This document shows positions 34,638-43,338 of a stretch of 44,312 bases of DNA, piece after piece. Numbering within the stretch: position 1 is the stretch's first letter; each line of letters opens with the position of its first letter. Under the pieces are notes generated by a model that worked only from the letters and a program-made list of their open reading frames with translations, ran no database searches and was not told the DNA's origin. Made by a program: the position numbers and the translations under genes. Origin of the DNA: Candidatus Thalassarchaeaceae archaeon (lineage in GTDB: Archaea > Thermoplasmatota > Poseidoniia > Poseidoniales > Thalassarchaeaceae). The stretch spans positions 1 through 44,312 of the forward strand of contig CAUZSY010000001.1 of assembly GCA_963582725.1 (NCBI GenBank). Direction: 5' to 3'.

Positions 34638-36080
34638 TCAGGCGGCGTGGAACGCCGTCAGATCGATGATACCGCCGATGCGCCGCTCGACGTCCTCCGT
34701 GATGGTCCGTAGCGCGGCCTCGGAGTCGGCCTCGGCTCGCATCACGAGGATCGCCTCGGTGTTGCTCGCCCGGCAGAGGAACCAGCCGACCTCGATGCCG
34801 TCGACGCCATCGTAGCGAATCCGGACGCCGTCGACCGTGCTGGAAGGCAGGTCGGAGTACGCAGCCTCCACCGCCGCCATAGTCGTCTCACGCGCCGCTC
34901 GCAGCGGCACCTTCGCCTCGCCGGTGCTCGTGAAGGTGGGAATGTCGTCGAACAGCGAGGAGAACGGTTGGCCGTCGGGTAGTCGTCGGGCGACCAGCTC
35001 CATCAGTCGAGCGAGCGCGTAGAGCGAGTCGTCGAAGCCGTTCCATCTGTCGTTGAAGAAGAAGTGGCCGCTCATCTCACCTGCAAGAGGCGTCTCTGGC
35101 TTCCGCCGCAGTTCCAGTTTCAGGAACGAGTGTCCGGTCCGCATCATGTGTGGAAATCCGCCGTTCTGTCGAATCGTCTGTTCCAACGCCATGCTGCATT
35201 TGACGTCGTAGATGACGGTTCGCGCCTGTTCGGAGGCGTCTTCAGGCAGATTCGAGAGGATGTCCGCCGCCAGCACCGCGAGGATTCTGTCCGGACGGAT
35301 GAAGCGACCCCGCTCATCGACCACTCCCACCCGATCACCGTCGCCGTCTATGCCGACTCCGAACTCCGCACCGGTCTCGACCACCGCTGCTGCCAGATGC
35401 TGCATGTTGTCGACCAGCGTCGGGTCGGGCGAATGGTTGGGGAAGGTGTTGTCCCAGTCGCAGAACAGGGCTGCGCCGTGGCCGCCCATCCGCTCGCGGA
35501 TGCGCAGCACGAATGGACCCGGCACGGCGTTGGCCGCATCGACCACCACGTGCACGGGTCGGGCGATCGGCGTCGCTGCCCGGGCCACCGTCTCGATGTA
35601 ATCGTCTGTGAAACCGGTCAATTCGATGTGTCGGCCGCATCGCCGCTCGCCTATCCCGCCAGCGCTACGAAAGTCGCCGGCCTCGAAGGCGGCGCACAGT
35701 TCCTCGATCTCGGGGCCGGCCATCGCGGCCGTTCCGCGGCACATCTTGAAGCCGTTGTACTCCGGCGGATTGTGAGACGCGGTGATCATCACGCCGCCGT
35801 CGACCGCGAGGTTCGCCGTCGCGTGATAGAGCGCGCCTGTCGTGTTGATTCCGACGTCGTGCACATCGCAGCCGGACTCGATCAGGCCGGCGACGAAGGC
35901 GGCGTGCAGTGTGGGAGATGATTCGCGGATGTCGCGGCCGACCGCCAGCGCATCGCAGTCGAGGAAGGTCGCCAGAGTCCGACCGAGTCGATGCGCGAAC
36001 GCCTCGTCCAGTTCGCTGCCGGCGAGGCCTCGGATGTCGTACGCCTTGAAGCAGTGCAGGGGCCATCCGGTCTCCGACAT
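34638..36080 (-). CDS. phosphoglucomutase/phosphomannomutase (alpha-D-phosphohexomutase family)
   Basis: Active-site loop 'TASHNPPEYNGFK', Mg site 'GIDGDGDRVGV', 'GEMSGHFFF'. Confidence 0.9.
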   Translation of the reverse strand: MSETGWPLHCFKAYDIRGLAGSELDEAFAHRLGRTLATFLDCDALAVGRDIRESSPTLHAAFVAGLIESGCDVHDVGINTTGALYHATANLAVDGGVMITASHNPPEYNGFKMCRGTAAMAGPEIEELCAAFEAGDFRSAGGIGERRCGRHIELTGFTDDYIETVARAATPIARPVHVVVDAANAVPGPFVLRIRERMGGHGAALFCDWDNTFPNHSPDPTLVDNMQHLAAAVVETGAEFGVGIDGDGDRVGVVDERGRFIRPDRILAVLAADILSNLPEDASEQARTVIYDVKCSMALEQTIRQNGGFPHMMRTGHSFLKLELRRKPETPLAGEMSGHFFFNDRWNGFDDSLYALARLMELVARRLPDGQPFSSLFDDIPTFTSTGEAKVPLRAARETTMAAVEAAYSDLPSSTVDGVRIRYDGVDGIEVGWFLCRASNTEAILVMRAEADSEAALRTITEDVERRIGGIIDLTAFHAA

Positions 36081-36211
36081 CAGCCCAGCCGAGCCGCCTC
36101 ACTCTTCAATGCCTTCTGCCTGCCGCCGCTGATTGGAAGCCGTTCTGCATCGTCTCAACAGCGGTACCACATTCAGCGGCGATGCGTGGAACATCCATGC
36201 TATGCAACGGT

Positions 36212-36586
36212 TCAGTCACAGCAGTCGTCGTCGTGAGCCTGGACGACGATCTCGACCTTGGCGCCACGAGGCAGTGCAGCCGCTTCGAAGGCTGCACGAG
36301 CCGGCGGAATCTCGACATCGGCCAGCCATTCGCCGTAGACCTCGTTCATCGCGTCGAAGTCGTCGATGTCGTCGAGCAGCACCTGCGCGAAGGTCACCTG
36401 ATGCTTCGATGAGCCGGCCGCCGCCAGCAACGCGTCGATCTTGTCGAGACTCGCCTTCGTCTGAGCCGTGATATCGCCGGCGTCCGGCGCTATCTGGCCT
36501 GACAGCCAGACGATGCCGCCGGACGCGACGCCGGGGCTGTACGGACCGAACACCTCGCCGGCGGCGTCTATCCCTCGCTTCGCCAT
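36212..36586 (-). CDS. RidA/YjgF-family reactive-intermediate deaminase
   Basis: 'GPYSPGVASGGIVWLSGQIA', 'AARAAFEAAALPRGAKVEI'. 124 aa. Confidence 0.88.
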   Translation of the reverse strand: MAKRGIDAAGEVFGPYSPGVASGGIVWLSGQIAPDAGDITAQTKASLDKIDALLAAAGSSKHQVTFAQVLLDDIDDFDAMNEVYGEWLADVEIPPARAAFEAAALPRGAKVEIVVQAHDDDCCD

Positions 36587-36653
36587 GCCGGCGGGTTGGC
36601 GCGACTCGCTATTCAGCCGTTCGCTTCATCCATCCCTGCTCATTGGCGAGACC

Positions 36654-37685
36654 ATGCGGACCTGCTGGGTCATCGACCACCCGGCCCACTTCCAGTTGTT
36701 CAGGCGGTGGATCGCCGACGGCGACACGCTGGTTGTCACCGAGCGTCAGGAACTCGACGTCATGTTGCTAGACGGGTTCAGCCAGCCCATCCTGAGGGTG
36801 CCGAGGGTCACCGGGCGGTTGTTCGGAAAGGTCGATCTCGGCCGGAAGAGGACAGCCGCTGTTGGTCGTTTTCTGAAGAATCATCAAGTCGATAGAATCA
36901 TCTCGAAGGGAGCGCCGTTCGAATTACGAGCCGCCAGAGGGCTGGTCGAAGAGCGCTGGTATCTGACCGACACGGAGGTCAATACGATCGCGCATCGACT
37001 CGCGAAGAGCGCCGCGACCCACATTCTGTTGCCCGAATCATGGAGTGCGCCCGACGGCGTGCTGCGTCCCACTCACAGCTACCCGGGCATCCTCCCGAAC
37101 GCCTATCTGGACACCTCCACCGAGGTCTGGGAAAGCACAGGTGACCGGATGTCGCAGCGGCTGGGGCTGCCGGCCGACGAATTGGTGGTGTTACATCGAC
37201 AACTGATCGGTGGCGGCATCCATGATGCGCCGGAGATGATCGACTATTCCGCCGCGATCCGCGATCTGCCGGTGCATTTCGTGATGAATGAGGAGGCGGC
37301 CGCCGCCGACTGTGATTCGGCCTGGCATCTGCCGGAGCGGGCGGCGCTGTTCGACGGTGTGCTGACCGGCAGCACGACGCTGGCCGCCGAAGCGGTCGTT
37401 CAGGGCGTTCCGACGCTGCTGATATCGAAGGCCGAGCGCGGCTTCCTCGACCATCTAGCAGAGCAGCCACAATTCTTCCGATGGCGCGAGGCCGAGATGT
37501 CCGACTGCCGCTTCACCGCGATCTGCGATGGGTGGATGCAGGCGATGCGCTGTTGCCGCAACGGCGGCCGCCAACCGGTCACAGCGGCGACCCGTCCAAC
37601 TCTCGTCGCGCTATGGGGCGAGCCAGTCGCGCAGCAGGTCGCCGTGGTCGCCGGCGATATCGATCGAGCCGTCGAGCACCGCTGA
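36654..37685 (+). CDS. DUF354-like (GT-B/epimerase-fold-like) archaeal protein, tentative
   Basis: ATG at 36654 'MRTCWVIDHPAHFQLFRRWI' resembles the DUF354 N-terminus (kiwiDi.hP.hvhfF). C-terminal 'GSTTLAAEAVVQGVPTL'. About 343 aa. The track start at 36468 overlaps ridA antisense. Confidence 0.5.
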   Translation: MRTCWVIDHPAHFQLFRRWIADGDTLVVTERQELDVMLLDGFSQPILRVPRVTGRLFGKVDLGRKRTAAVGRFLKNHQVDRIISKGAPFELRAARGLVEERWYLTDTEVNTIAHRLAKSAATHILLPESWSAPDGVLRPTHSYPGILPNAYLDTSTEVWESTGDRMSQRLGLPADELVVLHRQLIGGGIHDAPEMIDYSAAIRDLPVHFVMNEEAAAADCDSAWHLPERAALFDGVLTGSTTLAAEAVVQGVPTLLISKAERGFLDHLAEQPQFFRWREAEMSDCRFTAICDGWMQAMRCCRNGGRQPVTAATRPTLVALWGEPVAQQVAVVAGDIDRAVEHR

Positions 37686-38045
37686 GATCGGCCAGAAGCG
37701 GGCATCCATCGCATCGTCGCCGCCGACCGGCTCGCCACTCGCCTCGACCAGATAGACGACGCTGACGATGTGCTTCCGCGGGTCGCGGTCTGGATCTCCC
37801 TTGACATCGAGCAGACCGACCACGCGACCCGTAAGACCTGTCTCCTCGGATAGTTCGCGCAGCACCGCCGCCTTTGGATCCTCACCGTAGTCGACGAAGC
37901 CGCCGGGCATCGCCCAAGCGCCCTGCCAGGGCGCTCGGCCGCGCTGGATGAGCAGCACGGCGTCTCCGTCTCGGACCGCTGCATCGACGGCGAGCGACGG
38001 ATTCTGGAAGTCGTCACGGCCACAATTCGGACACTGATCAGCCAT
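37611..38045 (-). CDS. NUDIX hydrolase with N-terminal zinc-ribbon-like CPNCG motif
   Basis: Nudix box 'GGFVDYGEDPKAAVLRELSEETGL'. 144 aa. Confidence 0.85.
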   Translation of the reverse strand: MADQCPNCGRDDFQNPSLAVDAAVRDGDAVLLIQRGRAPWQGAWAMPGGFVDYGEDPKAAVLRELSEETGLTGRVVGLLDVKGDPDRDPRKHIVSVVYLVEASGEPVGGDDAMDARFWPISAVLDGSIDIAGDHGDLLRDWLAP

Positions 38046-38051
38046 CCTGAC

Positions 38052-38921
38052 TCAGCCCCCGTAACGGCGCTTGCGCTTCTGGTACGCATCTATCGCTTCG
38101 AGCAGATCCCGACGCTGGAACGACGGCCAGAACACGTCTGTGAAGTACATCTCGGAATAGGCCGACTGCCAGAGCAGGAAGTTGCTGATTCGCTCCTCGC
38201 CGGAGGTCCGGATGATCAGGTCGGGGTCGGGCAGGTCACCGGTCCAGAGCCGCTTGCTCACCTCCGCCTCGTCGATGCCATCCAGCTCGATCTCTCCCTT
38301 CGCGTGGTCTGCCGCGATGTCGCGGATCGCATCGATGATCTCCTCGCGGCTGCCGTAGGCGAGACAGACGGTGAAGACGAATTTCTCGTATCCCTGAGTC
38401 TCCTCGACAGCGAGCTCTATCGCCTCCAGAACGCGGGCTGGCAGCAGCTCCTCGCGACCGGCGATCTGCACTCGGACCTGATGTCGGTGAATTCGTTCAT
38501 TCTTAGCGATGTCACGCAGCCCTTCGACGTAGAGGTCGTACAACTCCTCCAGTTCATCGGGTTTCCTGCCTTGGATGTTCTCGGTGCTGAGGGCGTATAC
38601 GGTGAGGTAGGGGATGCCCATGTCCAACACCCAGTCCATCACCTCCTCGACCTTCTCCTTGCCCAACCGGTGGCCGAAGGCGGACGCCATGCCCTTGTCC
38701 GCTGCGAAGCGGCGATTGCCGTCCATGATGATCGAGATGTGCTGTGGCAGAGGTCTCGACATGACGCGGGTCTGCAGCCGATTGGTGCGGACACGGTCGG
38801 TCCGCGAGATGAAGCCCCAGGCGTAGCGGCTGTTGGCGATCCAGCGGGCCGGGCCGTGTATGATCCGCCACTTCAGCAGCCAGTGGGCGATGCCGTCCAA
38901 GGTGCGACCGAGCCAGCCCAT
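38052..38921 (-). CDS. uppS: cis-prenyltransferase (undecaprenyl/di-trans,poly-cis-polyprenyl diphosphate synthase)
   Basis: 'HISIIMDGNRRFA', 'LTVYALSTEN', 'DLIIRTSGEERISNFLLWQSAYSEMYF'. An alternative start is the ATG at 38762, which removes a 53-aa N-terminal extension. Confidence 0.9.
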   Translation of the reverse strand: MGWLGRTLDGIAHWLLKWRIIHGPARWIANSRYAWGFISRTDRVRTNRLQTRVMSRPLPQHISIIMDGNRRFAADKGMASAFGHRLGKEKVEEVMDWVLDMGIPYLTVYALSTENIQGRKPDELEELYDLYVEGLRDIAKNERIHRHQVRVQIAGREELLPARVLEAIELAVEETQGYEKFVFTVCLAYGSREEIIDAIRDIAADHAKGEIELDGIDEAEVSKRLWTGDLPDPDLIIRTSGEERISNFLLWQSAYSEMYFTDVFWPSFQRRDLLEAIDAYQKRKRRYGG

Positions 38922-38976
38922 GCCTTCTCGACCGCGCTTCGCCTCTTCAAGAGCCCTGCGAGGCGGTGGAGACGCT

Positions 38977-39672
38977 TCATTCGAACAGCAGGTCTGGTTC
39001 CCGGCCGAGGCGACGCAGCACGCCCCTGCTCGGATTGACGACGATGACCTCGCCAGCGTGCGGCCAGACCTTCAGGTCGGAGTGCGAGTTGCCGGCGTAG
39101 GCGTACTCGCCACGACCCCAGCGCGCATCGAGAGCCGCCGCCTTGTTGCGACCGTGCAGATTGGTGACACCATCCGAGGCGAGCACATCGTCGAACAGGT
39201 CGCCGAAGTGCTTCGCGACTGCGGCCGCCGGTTTCTCGTCCGAAGCGGTCACCAGAATGATCTCGCGACCGCTCTCCTTCTGTTCGCGCAACCAGTGGAG
39301 GAAGGGTTCATTGTAGCGCAGACTGGTCGGATCGAACGGCACCCGGGCCGCCAGATGTCGCTTCCAGGAGGACCGGCCGGGCCACACCTCCCAGAGCGGC
39401 AGCAGCAGGACGTACCAAGGTCGGTGCAGGATGATCCATCGAGCCCCAGCGACTGTCGTGTCGGTGAGGATGATGGTGCCATCCATGTCTACCGCCAGCG
39501 GCAGAACCACCTCCCCCGCCGTTCCCTTCGTTCGGCTGCCGTCGGCCCTCACTTCGTCGCCACCGCGGTCGCCTGCGCGGCCAGCATCGGCGGGCGCGCC
39601 CGATCCCGCGTCACCGTCGGTCATCGCTTCCCGGTCGGCTGGTCGCATGAGAAGGCTTGCGCCGCCAGCCAA
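38977..39672 (-). CDS. HAD-superfamily hydrolase (HAD-IB/phosphoserine-phosphatase-like)
   Basis: Motif I 'LAVDMDGTII', 'ILVTASD', 'YAGNSHSDLKVW'. Start uncertain because of a Gly/Asp/Arg-rich N-terminus. Confidence 0.72.
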   Translation of the reverse strand: MAGGASLLMRPADREAMTDGDAGSGAPADAGRAGDRGGDEVRADGSRTKGTAGEVVLPLAVDMDGTIILTDTTVAGARWIILHRPWYVLLLPLWEVWPGRSSWKRHLAARVPFDPTSLRYNEPFLHWLREQKESGREIILVTASDEKPAAAVAKHFGDLFDDVLASDGVTNLHGRNKAAALDARWGRGEYAYAGNSHSDLKVWPHAGEVIVVNPSRGVLRRLGREPDLLFE

Positions 39673-39763
39673 TCCCGCCGGCCGGCTCGGCGTAACGGTT
39701 CGTCATCGCCGCCAGCCCGATGAGCACCGTGAGGATGAAGCGCGGTCGGCCGGTGCGAAGGGT

Positions 39764-41125
39764 ATGGCGGCCGACCTCGCGGCTCTGCGCGAGAAAGGCT
39801 GGTTCCCGGCCGCCGCGACCGCTATGGCCGATGCTGCTGGGGCGGTCGATGCTTCGGGTGGTGGTGCTGGCGACTCGGAGCGGACGTCGCCACTGCCCCC
39901 CGGTTTCACCGCCCACGAGGTCAGTCTGCCTTGGACGACGCTGACCATGCTGCTGCCGCCGACCGGCATCGGCGATCCGGTGTGGTGGCATTCCCTTGCC
40001 GATGCCACAGATTCGTGGGGAGATGTTGCCGCCTTGGCGTCGGTTCGTGTGGTGCGGCTCGCCGAAGGTCGGCTCGGACCGGTGGCGCATCTCGACTGTG
40101 GTCGGTATGGCCTCTGGATGGCCGAGATTGTGCCGTTCGACGCCGACGGTCACGGCCGTCGTCTCTCCGACTTCAGCGACGATCGCTGCCACGGCGCGAA
40201 GGGCGGCGTCCAATGGCGAGGTCGCGACGTGCTGCTGCTGCGGCGCGACCTGAGCGAACTGCCGACGGCAGCCGAGGCGCTGCGGTCGGTGCTCGTGGCC
40301 GGTGAATCGACACTAGCGCTGGCGCTGGTGCGCAACGCCGGTGGGCTGCTCGGGCGATTCCACATGCGGGCCGCGAAGGTGGTACGGATTCCTCGCGACG
40401 CCGGTCGCTGGAACGACCGACTGAAGCGGATCGAAGAGGTCACGCACGCGAAGACGCTGTGGCGCGCGCCGCACGCGGCGGAGACTGAATCGACGATCAC
40501 GCATCGCTCTTTCAGCCTTGAGTGCGTGCTGTTGCTGCGCGACGCCGCGGGAGAGCCGGACTCCAGCCGAGGTCGCCTGCTGCTGCCGGCGCCGGGTCTC
40601 GCCGACAGCCTGCTGCCACTCGATGCACGGATGCCGGCGCTGCGCGATGTCGCGGCCGGATATCGCTCGATCGAAGTCGCTCGTCGGGCGGCCGAGGCGG
40701 AGCCCGACTGCGCACCGTTGCCGCCACAAGGCGAACTTCGCCGCGAGTTCCTCGACGCCTGGGCGGCGAAGGCCCCGCGCGCCTGGTCAAGCGACGCGGC
40801 GCTCGACAGCCATCGTGGCGGTCTGCCGGTCTGGGAGTATGAACAGACTCTCGTCGAACTCCTCCTCGCTCGTGCCACTGGCGAGGAACCAACAGAATCG
40901 ACGCTCTGGTTCCTCGACCACGTCGATCGCATCCAGGCCCGCATGTTCCGCTCGCGAACCTTCGCCGCGGCGGCCCTTACTGCGCTCTGCTGCTCCGGAT
41001 TCGGAGTCTATGCGTGGCTCACCGGCATGCTGCTCGTCATGCAGGCGCTGCCGCTGATGATGGTCGGACTGCTACACCCGCCGCTGCGCCGGCTCTATCG
41101 ACGCGCCGCTCCACCGCCCGCCTGA
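39764..41125 (+). CDS. hypothetical protein, possibly a degenerate kinase-like fold, with C-terminal TM anchor
   Basis: I chose the ATG at 39764; the track start at 39431 runs antisense through the HAD gene. 'LLGRFHMRA', 'THRSFSLECVLL', 'LRDVAAGYRSI' loosely recall APH/Kdo-kinase motifs without the catalytic HxD. C-terminal 'AAALTALCCSGFGVYAWLTGMLLVMQALPLMMVGLL'. Confidence 0.5.
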   Translation: MAADLAALREKGWFPAAATAMADAAGAVDASGGGAGDSERTSPLPPGFTAHEVSLPWTTLTMLLPPTGIGDPVWWHSLADATDSWGDVAALASVRVVRLAEGRLGPVAHLDCGRYGLWMAEIVPFDADGHGRRLSDFSDDRCHGAKGGVQWRGRDVLLLRRDLSELPTAAEALRSVLVAGESTLALALVRNAGGLLGRFHMRAAKVVRIPRDAGRWNDRLKRIEEVTHAKTLWRAPHAAETESTITHRSFSLECVLLLRDAAGEPDSSRGRLLLPAPGLADSLLPLDARMPALRDVAAGYRSIEVARRAAEAEPDCAPLPPQGELRREFLDAWAAKAPRAWSSDAALDSHRGGLPVWEYEQTLVELLLARATGEEPTESTLWFLDHVDRIQARMFRSRTFAAAALTALCCSGFGVYAWLTGMLLVMQALPLMMVGLLHPPLRRLYRRAAPPPA

Positions 41126-41278
41126 CCACCTTTGTAGCCAACCCTGACTTTGCGCCGAGCCCAACCACTCGCAACTTCGCGGACTTGAACCATCTGACCT
41201 GACCGGACGGATGGGCCGTGAGGGCAGAGATGAGGTCAACGGGAGGTCGGAGCGCGGAGGGGAAACCGTCCTACCGAC

Positions 41279-41959
41279 TCAGGCGACGCGTGTGAACGCA
41301 CTTTCGGCGTAGTCGTAGATCAGTGGCACAGCGGTCGCGATCTCCAGGAATAGGACCTCTTGCTTCGACATCCCCTCGATCGACATGACGATGCTCCGCA
41401 GTGAGTTTCCGTGCGCCGCGACGAACACGCTGAGACCCGCCTTCAGATGCGGCAGAATCGCCTCTTGGAAGCATGGCAGCGTTCTGCCAGCACACATCTC
41501 CAGACTCTCGCCTCCAGGTGGCGGCACATCGTACGACCGGCGCCAGATGTGCACCTGCTCCAACCCGTGCTTATCCTTCGTCGCCTGCTTGCCCAGCCCT
41601 TGCAACACGCCGTAGTTACGCTCGTTCAGCCGCCAGTCGGAATGGACCGGCAGGATGTTCGATTCAGTCGTCTCATTGTGGACCGCGTGGTCGAATCCGA
41701 GTTCTTCGGGTTCGTCGCGTCGCATGATGACGGGTAGTTGCTCGCCACCGCGAGCGACGAGAGCGATCATCGCCGTCATCTGGGCCCTGATCAGGGTCGA
41801 TGTGTAGACGATGTCTATGGGCTCGTCAGCCAAGGCTCGACCGGCGGCGAGCGCCTCATCTATGCCGGTCTCGGAGAGCGGCACATCGATCCAGCCTGCG
41901 AACAGGTCGGCGGCGTTCCAGGCCGACTGGCCGTGCCGAAGCAGGATGAGTTTCGGCAT
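41279..41959 (-). CDS. gpmA: 2,3-bisphosphoglycerate-dependent phosphoglycerate mutase
   Basis: 'KLILLRHGQSAWNAADLFAGWIDVPLSETG', 'ERNYGVLQG', 'VAAHGNSLR'. Confidence 0.9.
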   Translation of the reverse strand: MPKLILLRHGQSAWNAADLFAGWIDVPLSETGIDEALAAGRALADEPIDIVYTSTLIRAQMTAMIALVARGGEQLPVIMRRDEPEELGFDHAVHNETTESNILPVHSDWRLNERNYGVLQGLGKQATKDKHGLEQVHIWRRSYDVPPPGGESLEMCAGRTLPCFQEAILPHLKAGLSVFVAAHGNSLRSIVMSIEGMSKQEVLFLEIATAVPLIYDYAESAFTRVA

Positions 41960-42028
41960 ATCTCTCGCTCCGGCCGCGCGCGCCGCCGTTCATCACGCTG
42001 CCGGTCGCCGAGGCCCACTCCGCCGACC

Positions 42029-43135
42029 TCACTCGGTCAGTTGTCGGCGGAGCCGTGGCTCGAAGAATTGCAGACCGAGTTCCTTGGCCAGCCGCATCGT
42101 GTCGAGCAGGAAGGCGTCGCGCGCTTCCCGCTCCTGCTTGCCGTTCGAGATGTCCCAGTACATGTTGCAGGCGACATCTATCGACTGCGGTCCGAGCAGT
42201 GCGACGTTGGCGAAGGAGGAGTCCGTCTTGGTCGTCCGCTCGTTCGCTTCGACCAGCACGAGGATGCCGGCGCAGAACCGGCTGACCTTGTCTGGGTCGC
42301 TGTCGAGGTCGAGGTGGAAGGTCGGCTGGTAGCGGCGCCAGCGTCGCTTGCCGTAGTTCTCGATCGACTTGCTGACGAGACCGGCGTTGGGCAGCGTCAC
42401 CACGGTGTCGATCGAAGTGCGCAGCTGGGTGGTTCGGAGATTGATCGAGATGACCTCGCCCTCGTCGCTGCCGACGACGATCCAGTCACCGACCCGGAAC
42501 GGTCGGTCGAGGAGCACCGAGATGGCGCCGAACATGTTCGAGATCGAGTCCTTGGCAGCGAGTGCGAGGGCCAGACCCGAGATGCCGAGACCGGCGATCA
42601 GCGCGGTCAGGTCTAAGCCGAGCGCACCGGCGATGTAGAGTGAACCGAAGGCGACGATGAGGAAGCGGAGTATGCTCTCCAGAGCGCTGATCAGCGTCTT
42701 CTCAGAACCGTCCAACTCGTCATCGTCGTCGAGCGCCGCGATCACCGAGTGGACGATCGGCACCAGACGGAAGGCCCAGACGACGACCGCCACATCGAGA
42801 ACCAGTTCTGCGATGGTCGGCAGCCAGCGGATCGCTTCGCTAGGCATCTGCGCGGCGCCGCCGGTCGTCGATGAGAGCGCCAACTCGCCGGTCATCAGCC
42901 AGAACAGGGCGGCTCCGGCAGCCGTGCCGAGCGCGCCTCGGGAATCCTTGACAGCATTATTGGCGATCTCGTTGTCGATCGACATCCGAGCGAACACCTT
43001 CTCGATCATCGTCATCACGATGGCTCGCAGAACCAGTCCCGCCAGCAGCAGACCCGCGAGCACCGCGAGCGTTCCCTGGTTGAATCCGAGCATCACATTT
43101 TCCCAGCCGGGTATCGCTTGCACCACCGCGTCCAT
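42029..43135 (-). CDS. MscS-family mechanosensitive channel
   Basis: 'ISNMFGAISVLLDRPFRVGDWIVVGSDEGEVISINLRTTQLRT', preceded by TM helices. Confidence 0.9.
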   Translation of the reverse strand: MDAVVQAIPGWENVMLGFNQGTLAVLAGLLLAGLVLRAIVMTMIEKVFARMSIDNEIANNAVKDSRGALGTAAGAALFWLMTGELALSSTTGGAAQMPSEAIRWLPTIAELVLDVAVVVWAFRLVPIVHSVIAALDDDDELDGSEKTLISALESILRFLIVAFGSLYIAGALGLDLTALIAGLGISGLALALAAKDSISNMFGAISVLLDRPFRVGDWIVVGSDEGEVISINLRTTQLRTSIDTVVTLPNAGLVSKSIENYGKRRWRRYQPTFHLDLDSDPDKVSRFCAGILVLVEANERTTKTDSSFANVALLGPQSIDVACNMYWDISNGKQEREARDAFLLDTMRLAKELGLQFFEPRLRRQLTE

Positions 43136-43338
43136 CCTCCACCCCCAGCGACCCCTCGGCTTTGAATCGTGCTCCGCTCACCAAGGCGGCCGACCATCCC
43201 CGGGTCGTCCATCCACGCCCACCACCACCTATGTTCCTGCAACGTCGCTCAGATGTTCCGGAGTATGATTACTGAGCGCTCCGGGCTTCATTCGCGTGAC
43301 AGCGTCGCTTTCAAGTGGGAGACTCCAGTCACCGTGCC

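Noticed and set aside
39431-39763. Upstream extension of the 39431-41125 ORF
   Set aside because: It runs antisense through the N-terminal part of the HAD hydrolase gene and is Pro/Ser/Arg/Ala low complexity. The first ATG outside the HAD gene (39764) was taken instead.
40150-40944. 264-aa minus-strand ORF
   Set aside because: It is antisense to the 39764-41125 ORF. Both are unassigned, but the plus frame is longer, has better G/C third-position bias by eye and ends in plausible TM helices. The minus frame is Ser/Arg/Ala low complexity. This is the least certain of the rejections.
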